DNA of 64,000 nt. Origin: Candidatus Kapaibacteriota bacterium (GTDB lineage: Bacteria > Bacteroidota > Ignavibacteria > OLB7). Shown piece after piece: positions 10,634 through 20,076 of this stretch (within the stretch, counting starts at the first letter, position 1; each line of letters starts with the position of its first letter). Where the stretch lies: positions 159 to 64,158 of the forward strand of contig JBMDXA010000199.1 of assembly GCA_048594725.1 (NCBI GenBank). Reading direction: 5' to 3'. The notes below the pieces were generated by a model that was not told the DNA's origin, made no database searches, and saw only the letters and a list, made by a program, of their open reading frames with translations. Position numbers and translations under genes: made by a program.

Positions 10634-10686
10634 TCACCTGATCCCGGGTTCTACCGGGATGCATCGATCGCTCTGCCGGTGCCGGA

Positions 10687-10720
10687 GGCGCCCATCGGGA
10701 TAGATCTTCCGATGGGCGCC
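10687..10720 (+). other. perfect 12-bp stem-loop in the 173-bp spacer between the two giant genes
   Basis: GGCGCCCATCGG (10687-10698) pairs with CCGATGGGCGCC (10709-10720) across a 10-nt loop, with no T tract after it. A second 7-bp hairpin, ATCCCGG/CCGGGAT, lies at about 10641-10660. Confidence 0.6.
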
Positions 10721-10806
10721 GGCGCCGGTGGATTCGTAGCCGGGAAATCACCGCCTCATACCGCAAAATATTGCCGGAATAATTATTCAATAGAATTGCA
10801 TTCATT

Positions 10807-13800
10807 ATGAATCAGCAGATCGCCTTGTTATCGCTAACCCGGGTTGCCCACTTCGGGAGTTTTATCGGAGGAAATTTTACTATTACGATCCAGGCCGCCG
10901 GAGATACCACCGTCCTGCAGGTTCAGATCCCTTATGGAGGAGGGACCGACCGGGATGAGCTGCTGGCCGGCAAGGAGATTCCGAATGGAACCTGGACGAT
11001 GATGCCTGTAAACGTTTCCGTTCAGGCCATGAGCCCCCAGTTCGGCGGAACCGGTTCCGGCTCGACCGCGTTCCAGGTAAGCACCACCAACCAGGGCCCC
11101 TATTATCTGGATGTTCCGGTTGGTGCCATGACCGGGCCATCCGCCACCATACGCCTGACGTTCGAGGCCACCGTCTGGGAGTGCGAGGCTCCGTGTGATG
11201 AGGCCGGCTGGTATTGCGGCGGATATCACGAGCGATCGGTCTATTATAAATGGCTCTGTGCGGGGAAGGATCACACCTCGTTTAATCAGCTCGCTTCCGT
11301 TCAATCGCTCGATACGCTGCTGGTGGCTTCGCTTCCGGTCTTCAATGCGGTGCAGAGCAGCCTTGTGCTGAATTACCAGCCTTCGGTCTCCACACTGTTC
11401 CAGCGGCTGGATTATGCCCTGGATGTCACCACGGCCGCGGTCGATCGCTGGAGCCAGCTGACATGGCGCCGCAGGTACCAGATAAATCAATTCTCGGCGA
11501 ATTTCGTCGAGAGGGGCATCGCATATCTCGGGGAGGCCGTGAAGAAGCCCGAAATAGAGCCCCCTGCCACGCCGGTCTGCATCAAATGGCACGATCTTCT
11601 GCGATGCCTCTGCGCGTTCAATGCACGGCGTTCCACACTGCCGGGCGCTGCGGTGAATCAATACGATGTCGATCTCCTGCCCCATATCAATGCTCTCTTC
11701 TGGGAGGTCATCGCGATTGCGCAGAACGAGGGGATAGGGACGTTGCTGGATCAGAACCGCACCGATCATTACGAGAAGGTCCGTTATATCGCGGCGTTTT
11801 TCGAGTACTGGTGCCGCCGTTGCGGATACGGCGGATCGGGATCACTCGGGAATATCGAATATTATTATCCCCTGCTCCAGCAGAGATATGAATCGCTGAT
11901 CTCCAGCGAGTCCATGGAGGGAATTACCCTTTGCGAGCCCACGCTGGAGGAATTGTGCGATCGCTGGCTCGAAATTCTCTCCTGCATCCGCAAGCTCTGC
12001 GATCTGCGCGCACAGCTGCCGCAGGGGGTAGTCGATGATATCGTAACCACGTTCGAGGATCTGGTGGCATCGTTGCAGCAAAGCCTGATGTTTCTTGGAG
12101 GAACCTTCCTTCCGGGAATCGAATCCCTTTGCGTACGGGCGGGGCTGGCTGCATCGGGCATCGAAAAATATATCTGCCCGGATAACCTGCTCCCTGGAGG
12201 TGCGGACAGGCGCGATGCGCTCGAAGCGCTGCTGCTCCAGTTCGAAAGTGCCATGGATGGCTTCATCGCACGCAACGGAGATCTCTGCAAGGATGAGATC
12301 CCGGTCGGTCCGGAATTCTGCGATGACTGGCTCGATCTGCTCGGCTGCCTGAAGCGGATCTGCGACGGCAGGCGTGAAATGCTTCCCGATCTGCGCTCGG
12401 CATTCTTCGGCCTCCTCTTTATTCCGGTCAGGCATCTCTATCATATCGTCAGCGATACTCCCTTGTCGGATGCACCGGCCGGTATCGGCGAGCTTTGCTA
12501 TCGCATCGGCTATCTCCATACGGCGTTTTCCGCGATCTGCTCCGAGGGAGTTATCGACCCGATACTCAAGCTCCATATCGATGGCTATCTGGCCGGGCTT
12601 CAGGATGCGCTCGATGAACTGAAGGATGAATATCCCGATATCTGTGCGGAAACTCTCCTGCTCGATCCCGATTTCTGTCCCGATATGAAGGAGATCCTCG
12701 CCTGTCTGCGCCGCGTGTGCGATCAGGCCGATATCCTGCATCCATCGGTGCTGGAATATTTTCTGGATGAATATTATAATCACATCGATTATCTCTACTG
12801 GCTGGTGCTCGATATTCCGTCGGAATATGAACTTCCCGCGGTACGGCTGGGCGTCGGCGCGATGTGCAGCCGGCTGGAGGCGATCCAGGAGTATATAGAT
12901 GCGATCTGCGAGTTGGAGGAGGCCGATCCTATCCGCAAGATGAGGCTGGAGTACCAGCTCGGTGGGCTCCGAAGCGCGCACACCGCTTTTCTCCTCCGCT
13001 ATCCTGCTCTCTGTACCCCGCAGCCCGGTTATAACTGCATCGACTGGCTTGCGATGCTCGATTGCCTGGCCCGCCTGTGCGACAAAAGAGTATGGCTGGA
13101 GAGATATCATCCTGAGGTGATAACCAGAATCATCGAATTATTCGGCGGGGAGGAGCCACAGGAGGATTCCCCTCTGGATGAGGTGTTCGATCCGCTGTTC
13201 CCCACGCTGCCGGCGCCTGTTCCCGGCGGGAGCATCGACCGCATCTGCTACAAGGTCCGGAGCGTCCTGGACCGCCTTGCCGGGCATTGCGTCTGCGGCA
13301 TATCGCTGGACCCCGCGCAGCTGGGCGCGCTGGAAGCATGGCTGATTCCGTTCCGGGAGGCCTATCAGGAATTGATGACCGATATGACCATCCTTGAAAC
13401 CGTGCACTGCGATGATGCAGATATGCAGTGCGACCGGTTTGCCAGGATCGTGGCATTTCACCGTCTGCTCTGCCGGGAGGAGTATGATGCCTCATCTCCC
13501 GCTATCACCGCCATCGCCGGCCTGTTGCAGGAGTTTTCCGATGAGCTTCCGGCGATCATCCTCCAGCTTGGGTTCAATCCGTTGTCGGTAACGATTCCCG
13601 ATGGGAGCGATCTCTGCGAGTTGCTCGATTTTACGCTGCTGGTGCTGGCGCCGGCTTCCGCCGATACCGGGAAACTCCCGGTGGAGACCCGCTACCGGAT
13701 CGATTGCTTCTTCGAGGCATTGCGCGCCCAGGTGGAGCTGTATGCTCCTGTTGCGGAGAACCGCCCCATCCTCTGCCCGGCAGGGGAGTGCGATGATCTG

Positions 13801-16800
13801 GTGGATCGCTGGCTGGAAATCTTTATCTGTCTCTGCCGGATCTGCAACGAGCAGGCCAACCCGGTCTGGTATGATACCCCGGAGGCAGGGAGCATCCGCA
13901 CATTTATCGAAAATGAAGTATGCCCGCAATTGCTCGCACTGCACCCCACTCTGCGGGATATTTCCGAATCGCTCCAGTTGCCGGTCGATCTCGGTTTCGC
14001 CGCAACGGAATCGTGCTGCCTTGTGGTACATGATGCTCTGGTTCTGCTGGCGGCCATCGGCCTTCGGTGCGATACGCTGAATTATCAGGGGATATCGCCG
14101 TACGAACTGGATCTCTTTTATGAGTCGATGCAGCAGAAGATGGCGCAGTTGAACGGCCTGCTTGCGGTGGCGGGGCTGTTCAGCTGCCGTACCGAGTGCG
14201 ACGAGTGGAAGGGAATGCTGGAATGTCTTGCCGATATCCTTCTTCGGGGAGACCGGGTTTCACCGGCTCTTGCCGCGACGGCCGATTCTCTGTTCGGTGA
14301 CTCGATCACCGGGCTGTATGATGCGCTCTATACCGATGGCCCGCTCGATCCTCCCGCTTCCAGCCCGGTACCTCCGGCGGCGTTCGGTGAGAGTTCGTGG
14401 AAACTTCTAGTGGCGCTCAAGGGGATGTATCGTCTCTGTGCGCCCTGGTCGGCGCGCTGGAGCCGGGAGCTGGAGGAGCCGCTGGCCGCGCTGCTGCTGG
14501 AGTTCAGGGGAGCGTACGCCACGTTCCTGATGGCGCTCGACGCCGAAGGCATAACCGGTTGCGGGCGGATGGAGCCGGAGTGCGACATGCTGGGGGAGAT
14601 AGCGGAGATCAGCGCCCGGTTCTGCAATGGGGATGCCGATCCGCTGGATGCTCCCGTGGCGGTTGCCGCCGGGCTGCTCGCCAATCTCTCGGACGAACTC
14701 CAGGATATCGCCTCGCAACTCCGGCTGGCATGGACTCTCCCTTCGGGAAATAATTTCTGCGTGCGGCTCGGCTCCGTGCTGGGCCTGCTCGGGGTTGACC
14801 TTTCCCGTCCCGGCGAGCTTACGGCATCGCACCGCCTGCTGGCCCGGTTCATCTTCGCCATTCTCCGGGAACAGGCGGCGGAATATGGAAGAGTATTTCC
14901 AGAGCGAGCCGGGGAACCGCCCGCGCCGATGCGGGCCTTCCGCGGGAGCTGGATGGAGATGCTCGATTGCATCTGCCGGACCTGCGAGCAGTTGCGGAGC
15001 ATGCCGAAGAGCGTTCTCGACGGATTGACAGCGGTGAAGGGGCGTTTCTCCCAGATGGAGATCCGGATCGATGTGCTCTATCCGGTTATCACCACACAGG
15101 CGGCGGCGCTCGGCGTGGGGCTGGGCGATCTCGATTGTGTGAATTCCTCCTGCGGCAAGCTGGCTGTTATCAGGCTCTTCTTCGCATTGTACGGGATAAG
15201 CGCACCGGAGCCCTCGCCGGGGCTTGTGACGCTGCTGGCCGGATACCAGCAGAGCCTTCGCGCTGCTCTGGCCCTGCTGCGGGGAGCATTGCAGGACGCC
15301 GGGCTCGATCCATGCGGCGGGCAGGGGGATGCGGCGAGCACGATGGTGCAGTCGCCGCACCTGTATATCCAGGCTGCGGGATCTACCGGTGCCGATGGGT
15401 CGGTGCCGGGCATCCATCTTCGCTGGGCGCTGCTGGAGGGGCTGGCGGGGCATCTGCCGAAAGGGGATCTGGCCGCTCCCTACGGACCCTATCCCGCCGA
15501 TTATGGATATAATCGTCCGGATGATGTGGTGCGCCTTTATCGAACGCCATACGATGAATTGGTTGCGGCATTTCCGGTACTGCTGGACCTGACCGCCATG
15601 CGCCCGGTACGGGTCTACAAGGCCGCCGGTGCACCGGTCTTGTGGGAGTTCGCTCCAATCCCGTCCGATCCGACGTTCCCGGATGTATCGGCCACGGCCA
15701 TCATGCTCCGCTTCGCCGATCCCGATCTGTACGACGATACCGATCATGACGATCCGCAGAATATCCAGGGCGATGTCCAGTATATTCTCAGCCATTATAC
15801 CGGTGTGCTCGATGTGCAGCCGATCGATAAAACGCTGTTCGTTCTGGATGTCACGGTGGCCGCTGCCGGGGCCGATCCGCTGCTGGAGGTGGAGACCGTT
15901 TCCGGTGGAATGGCTGCCGGGGATGACCGCGGTATCATTTCGGGGAGAAGGGCCTTTCATGGCAATGCATCGCCTCATCGTGTCATCAACGAGGGAGTAC
16001 AGTATGCGCGGCTGCGCTGGACCGACTGCTCTCCGGCCACCATCTCAATACAGACCTACAGCGATTATTACTGGGGAATCAGTAGAAGATATGGCTGGGA
16101 GGAGGTAGGGGAATTTTCTCTTTCGCTCGATCGTGACGAGGTCTACAAGCGCCTGGAGGATCGAGAGCATTTCACGGTGCATAAATCCTGGCCGAAATAT
16201 CAGAACGATCCGGCCGACGCAAGCGGGCGGGGACGGGTGAACGTCTGCAATTACCGGGATCGCTGGGATCGAAATCCCGCGCCTCATTCCAATCCCGAAT
16301 ATGCCTGCCAGGATTACGAGCGCGATCCCGAGGATTCGCTGGCCTTCGCCGTTCAGGAATATCTCGAAAAGAGCAGCATCCCCGGCAATGCCGATCCCTA
16401 CGTGCAGCGGCGTTCGAAGCTGCAATCATTCACCGGCGATCAGGCGGAGATCCGTCTGAGCCTGCTTCAGATCCTGAATCTCGCCGCGCAGGATTATCAT
16501 GTGGCCCGGATGCTCGGCCTCGGGTATATCGATTGGAGCATTCCATCCCTTCCCGGAGGATCGGGGCAGCGGTATATCTATGCGGCGGAATATATCGTGG
16601 CACCACGACGTGGACGGGTGCAGGCGCCGTCGGGAAAGCATCTGTATCTCACCCTTCCCACGGCCCAGACCGATCATCGTCTGCCGGTGGGGCCAAGCCT
16701 TGCAACCGGCACAGATCCGGCCGCCATCGAGTTCGGTCTTCCCGCGTTCGATGCCGATTCGGCTCCGATGACCGACCAGGAGGGATATACCCCCTATGGC

Positions 16801-19800
16801 GGCGCCCGTTTCATCCGGCTGCACAAGGATGCCCTGGTATTCGATCTTCCGGCTTCGACGCCGTTTTTCGAAGGGGATGAAGAGTTCAGCCGCATGGAGC
16901 ATACCCGGCCATTGTTCTACGGGGTGACCCTGCATCGCCTGAACGGCAGCGAATACGAACGGGTCTGGCCGGAGATAAGCAATGATGCCGGGGGGTACGA
17001 GCGGGATGATTATAATCCCTATGCCGATGCCTCGCCGGAGCATTATCCCGAGACCATCGGGATTCCGGAAACCACCAGTGACGATGGGCCGTTTTTCATC
17101 CACCATCTGGTCAAACCTCAGGAGGACCCCGATCCGCTGGTCTATCAGGCAAAGCTTGCGAGGGTGGAGGGAACCTTCAACTATGGCCTGTATGGCATCA
17201 ACTGGTTTTCGCGCGCCTCGGAGGTGAATATTCATCCGGAGCCGGTGACCACCCAGTTCCCGAAACGGAATACCATCAAGCCCCCGCTGAATCTGACAGC
17301 GCATCATATTCAGGAGGAATATCCGCGCATATTTATTTCCGCCTACGAGGCCGCGCATCTGGATGATCTCGGCGGCACAACGCGTGTGACGTTCGATTGG
17401 AATCATATTCAGAACGCCGCCTACAGGCGAGCCGATCTCGTCGAATTCTTTTTCCGCAGCTCTCCTCCGGCCCGGGTGATGGGGGAGATAGCCCGTGTGC
17501 GCGAACTTCACGGCACCCGCCGTGTGCAGGTGCAGACACGGAGTTATACCGATTATTCCGTGGAGACCGATCCGCCGGGCGGGCTCGTGATAGAGCCTGC
17601 GATCTCCTCCGATGACGTGTCCGGAAATCTTTTCACCGGAAGCCTGCTCGCTACCGGAGCGGGGAAGTTCGTGATAGCCGATGTGGCGCGTGATGGCGAC
17701 GGGTATGCCGTGTTTACGCTGGAGATGACCGCCGAGGATATCGGGGAGCGCAGGACGTACGTTGCGCCGAAGGAGGGGGAACGGTTTCTGGTAGTGGAGA
17801 ATCTCGCCGATACCGGCAGGTGGAAGCCGCTTCCCGGTTGCAGCATCCCTCTGGTTTCCTTCTCCGACCATGTGGAGCGCCATGTGCCCGCCGCTACAGG
17901 GCGTGAGGTGATCGATCATGTGGGAGGGATCTACGAGCCAGCGGCCATCGTTGCGGCTGCCGTGGATGGGGCCTATACCATCACGTTCCAGAATCCATCC
18001 GGCGTGCTGCTGCCGTATCATGAGTATCCCGAGGGGGCCGGTTCAGCAGTATCGGAGCATCTGGAGCGGGTCGAGTGGTATGGGGGAAGCGTGCGGATAG
18101 AGGATACCTCCGGCGCCATCCGCACGCTGAACGTTGTGCGGATCGAGACAGTGCCGGGCGATCCCTCCGTCCCCGCCGTTCCCACGGTGCTGCATGTGGC
18201 CGAGCAGTCCGGTGGCGGCGTCTCTCTTGCGGGAACCGGCACGCTGGTGGAATTCCATCCATCGTATCGAGCCTATCTGCGCCTTGGCGATGCCGGTATC
18301 GATCTGGCGGCGGAGGTGCTTCCGGCCGGGCGCGAGCAATCGCGCACCACATTTATCGCCGCGCGTGCGGTGGATACCACGGAGTGCCATACGGCCGGCG
18401 GCATTACGTTCTGCCATAGCTCCATGCTTACGCTGCCGGTCCCGCATCTGGCGCGCAGGATCATCGTGCCGCAGGTGCCGGCTCTCCCCGATAATCCGCT
18501 GGTTGCAACGCGGCCGGATTATTATGGAAAATCGACCTATTCCTTCGATGTGTATTTCGCCGCGCGCGACCTTTCCGGCGGGCTGCGCGATCCCTATGCG
18601 ATGGTCTTCTACCGCAGCAGCGAGCTTGATCTGCTTCAGGCGCTCTATAGCGATACGACCGTTGCATCGATCCTGGGCCAGTTGCCGGCGGCGGGGGACG
18701 ACTCGTCTCTGGCCGCGCGGTGGCGGTCATTATTCGGCGTGGAGACCGAGACCGAAGAGACCACCGCAGAGCCGGAGGATATCGGGACATTCCGGCGCTA
18801 TGGCGGGTTCGGATTTCCGAATCCGGACCGGAGCGATTTCTTCACGGAGGATCTCGATAATCCGGGTACCACCATTGCTCCGTTCGCCGTTCCTCCGGGG
18901 GAGACCGGGCACCGGAAGCCGGCCGATGTGGAGCGATATATCCGTATCGCCATCGAAGGGGCATTCCTGCCGCTGACGGAGCGTCCTGTGTTCTTCGATC
19001 TTGTGGCCGAGGACCCGCTCCTGCGGACGTCGCAGAACGCCCCGGTGATCCGGAACCGGAACGGTGATCTCCTGAAACCCGCGCTCAGGGCCGCCGATGG
19101 CTCCATCCTGCGGGATGCGGACCCCGGGTTCGATCCCTATCCGATGGTGCGCCGCCAGGAGGGGGAAGTGGAGCTTTCCGGCGACGCGGAGCATCGGAAG
19201 TGGCGGCAGGTGCGTTTCGCCGATTATTCCCTGGATGGCGCCTCGCGGAATATCTATTTCTATTGCGCGCGCGAACTCTCCAATACCATGGTCTCCGGCC
19301 AGCGGAGCGGCATGATAGGGCCGGTGCGCCTTATCAATACCTATCCCTCGGTGGCGCCCGGCATACGGGCGGTTCATGCCCGGCCCCGATCGTATTTCGG
19401 CCAGACCAGAGATGCGATCGCCTTCGAGATCGCAGCCTATCCGGCGAGCGAACATGTGGAACGGATTCGTATCTACCGCGCCTACGCCGCTGAACAGGCC
19501 GTCACTATCCGGACAATGACGATGGCCGGGGAAGTTCCTCTTCCCGCCGACGGAATAGTCCACGACTGGTTTGCCGGCGCTCTTCCGCATTATGGCGAGC
19601 CGATCTATTATCGCCTGACGGCGTTGCGGCGGATCATCAACGAGGGGGGGATGGAGGAGTATATCGAATCGCTTCCGTCGGAAACGATCGTTACCAATAT
19701 CGTGGATGGAATTGCTCCGGCTGCGCCTGCGATTTCCGCAGCATACGATGGTGCATATCCCGGTGTGCTGAGCGATGTGGTGCTCACCTGGAATCCGACC

Positions 19801-20028
19801 ACCTATAATGCGGCGTATCATCTTTTCAAGATGAACGAGCGGGGCAACTGGGAGAGCATACACCAGGTGCAGTCGGATACGAATACGGAGATGTCATACG
19901 CCTATCCCGACGATCTGCCCACGGCCTCCGGAGGCAAGAGGCTGTATCACCATTTCAAGGTGGCTGCGGTGAATTCCTCGGGATTGCCCAGCAGGGAGGA
20001 GCGGATCGTGACGTTGCCGGGAGAATAA
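10807..20028 (+). CDS. giant hypothetical protein B (3073 aa), family not recognised; FN3-like C-terminal domain
   Basis: A 9.2-kb ORF with protein-like composition. It has a short beta-rich N region (aa 1-256), a Cys/Trp helical repeat array (aa ~257-1504) and a long beta-rich C region. It ends in an FN3-like domain (PAAPAISAAYDG...VVLTWNPTTYNAAYHLFKMNERGNWESI...YHHFKVAAVNSSGLPS). There is no signal peptide or T9SS CTD. Confidence 0.85.
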   Translation: MNQQIALLSLTRVAHFGSFIGGNFTITIQAAGDTTVLQVQIPYGGGTDRDELLAGKEIPNGTWTMMPVNVSVQAMSPQFGGTGSGSTAFQVSTTNQGPYYLDVPVGAMTGPSATIRLTFEATVWECEAPCDEAGWYCGGYHERSVYYKWLCAGKDHTSFNQLASVQSLDTLLVASLPVFNAVQSSLVLNYQPSVSTLFQRLDYALDVTTAAVDRWSQLTWRRRYQINQFSANFVERGIAYLGEAVKKPEIEPPATPVCIKWHDLLRCLCAFNARRSTLPGAAVNQYDVDLLPHINALFWEVIAIAQNEGIGTLLDQNRTDHYEKVRYIAAFFEYWCRRCGYGGSGSLGNIEYYYPLLQQRYESLISSESMEGITLCEPTLEELCDRWLEILSCIRKLCDLRAQLPQGVVDDIVTTFEDLVASLQQSLMFLGGTFLPGIESLCVRAGLAASGIEKYICPDNLLPGGADRRDALEALLLQFESAMDGFIARNGDLCKDEIPVGPEFCDDWLDLLGCLKRICDGRREMLPDLRSAFFGLLFIPVRHLYHIVSDTPLSDAPAGIGELCYRIGYLHTAFSAICSEGVIDPILKLHIDGYLAGLQDALDELKDEYPDICAETLLLDPDFCPDMKEILACLRRVCDQADILHPSVLEYFLDEYYNHIDYLYWLVLDIPSEYELPAVRLGVGAMCSRLEAIQEYIDAICELEEADPIRKMRLEYQLGGLRSAHTAFLLRYPALCTPQPGYNCIDWLAMLDCLARLCDKRVWLERYHPEVITRIIELFGGEEPQEDSPLDEVFDPLFPTLPAPVPGGSIDRICYKVRSVLDRLAGHCVCGISLDPAQLGALEAWLIPFREAYQELMTDMTILETVHCDDADMQCDRFARIVAFHRLLCREEYDASSPAITAIAGLLQEFSDELPAIILQLGFNPLSVTIPDGSDLCELLDFTLLVLAPASADTGKLPVETRYRIDCFFEALRAQVELYAPVAENRPILCPAGECDDLVDRWLEIFICLCRICNEQANPVWYDTPEAGSIRTFIENEVCPQLLALHPTLRDISESLQLPVDLGFAATESCCLVVHDALVLLAAIGLRCDTLNYQGISPYELDLFYESMQQKMAQLNGLLAVAGLFSCRTECDEWKGMLECLADILLRGDRVSPALAATADSLFGDSITGLYDALYTDGPLDPPASSPVPPAAFGESSWKLLVALKGMYRLCAPWSARWSRELEEPLAALLLEFRGAYATFLMALDAEGITGCGRMEPECDMLGEIAEISARFCNGDADPLDAPVAVAAGLLANLSDELQDIASQLRLAWTLPSGNNFCVRLGSVLGLLGVDLSRPGELTASHRLLARFIFAILREQAAEYGRVFPERAGEPPAPMRAFRGSWMEMLDCICRTCEQLRSMPKSVLDGLTAVKGRFSQMEIRIDVLYPVITTQAAALGVGLGDLDCVNSSCGKLAVIRLFFALYGISAPEPSPGLVTLLAGYQQSLRAALALLRGALQDAGLDPCGGQGDAASTMVQSPHLYIQAAGSTGADGSVPGIHLRWALLEGLAGHLPKGDLAAPYGPYPADYGYNRPDDVVRLYRTPYDELVAAFPVLLDLTAMRPVRVYKAAGAPVLWEFAPIPSDPTFPDVSATAIMLRFADPDLYDDTDHDDPQNIQGDVQYILSHYTGVLDVQPIDKTLFVLDVTVAAAGADPLLEVETVSGGMAAGDDRGIISGRRAFHGNASPHRVINEGVQYARLRWTDCSPATISIQTYSDYYWGISRRYGWEEVGEFSLSLDRDEVYKRLEDREHFTVHKSWPKYQNDPADASGRGRVNVCNYRDRWDRNPAPHSNPEYACQDYERDPEDSLAFAVQEYLEKSSIPGNADPYVQRRSKLQSFTGDQAEIRLSLLQILNLAAQDYHVARMLGLGYIDWSIPSLPGGSGQRYIYAAEYIVAPRRGRVQAPSGKHLYLTLPTAQTDHRLPVGPSLATGTDPAAIEFGLPAFDADSAPMTDQEGYTPYGGARFIRLHKDALVFDLPASTPFFEGDEEFSRMEHTRPLFYGVTLHRLNGSEYERVWPEISNDAGGYERDDYNPYADASPEHYPETIGIPETTSDDGPFFIHHLVKPQEDPDPLVYQAKLARVEGTFNYGLYGINWFSRASEVNIHPEPVTTQFPKRNTIKPPLNLTAHHIQEEYPRIFISAYEAAHLDDLGGTTRVTFDWNHIQNAAYRRADLVEFFFRSSPPARVMGEIARVRELHGTRRVQVQTRSYTDYSVETDPPGGLVIEPAISSDDVSGNLFTGSLLATGAGKFVIADVARDGDGYAVFTLEMTAEDIGERRTYVAPKEGERFLVVENLADTGRWKPLPGCSIPLVSFSDHVERHVPAATGREVIDHVGGIYEPAAIVAAAVDGAYTITFQNPSGVLLPYHEYPEGAGSAVSEHLERVEWYGGSVRIEDTSGAIRTLNVVRIETVPGDPSVPAVPTVLHVAEQSGGGVSLAGTGTLVEFHPSYRAYLRLGDAGIDLAAEVLPAGREQSRTTFIAARAVDTTECHTAGGITFCHSSMLTLPVPHLARRIIVPQVPALPDNPLVATRPDYYGKSTYSFDVYFAARDLSGGLRDPYAMVFYRSSELDLLQALYSDTTVASILGQLPAAGDDSSLAARWRSLFGVETETEETTAEPEDIGTFRRYGGFGFPNPDRSDFFTEDLDNPGTTIAPFAVPPGETGHRKPADVERYIRIAIEGAFLPLTERPVFFDLVAEDPLLRTSQNAPVIRNRNGDLLKPALRAADGSILRDADPGFDPYPMVRRQEGEVELSGDAEHRKWRQVRFADYSLDGASRNIYFYCARELSNTMVSGQRSGMIGPVRLINTYPSVAPGIRAVHARPRSYFGQTRDAIAFEIAAYPASEHVERIRIYRAYAAEQAVTIRTMTMAGEVPLPADGIVHDWFAGALPHYGEPIYYRLTALRRIINEGGMEEYIESLPSETIVTNIVDGIAPAAPAISAAYDGAYPGVLSDVVLTWNPTTYNAAYHLFKMNERGNWESIHQVQSDTNTEMSYAYPDDLPTASGGKRLYHHFKVAAVNSSGLPSREERIVTLPGE
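11578..15320 (+). repeat. protein-level array of 10 super-repeats (~120-130 aa each) with conserved Cys/Trp motif inside giant B
   Basis: Type-I cores start at 11578, 11955, 12316, 12672, 13033, 13426, 13801, 14194, 14578 and 14938 (spacing 356-393 nt). The consensus is C-x(3-10)-C-D-x-W-[LM]-E-[IM]-L-x-C-[IL]-x-R-[ILV]-C-[DN]-x(4-7)-[LM]-P, for example LCDRWLEILSCIRKLCDLRAQLP, FCDDWLDLLGCLKRICDGRREMLP and NCIDWLAMLDCLARLCDKR. They alternate with type-II helices of the form C-x(14-16)-C (LCYRIGYLHTAFSAIC, MCSRLEAIQEYIDAIC). Confidence 0.8.
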
Positions 20029-20076
20029 CCCGCGCCTGCCGGCAGTGCCGATGATATACGATATATGCCGATAACC

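Noticed and set aside
11587-11602. TGGCACGATCTTCTGC, which resembles a sigma54 -24/-12 promoter
   Set aside because: It lies inside the giant B coding sequence (it encodes the W of the first repeat core). The -12 element is TCTGC rather than TTGC, and no gene start lies downstream.
7967-18021. Several 400-530-aa minus-strand ORFs inside the giant genes (7967..9397, 11842..13110, 14407..15978, 16426..18021)
   Set aside because: They are antisense to the giant ORFs. The periodic Cys/Trp motif and balanced composition are on the plus strand, while the minus-strand products are Arg/His/Gly/Pro-rich and lack periodic structure.
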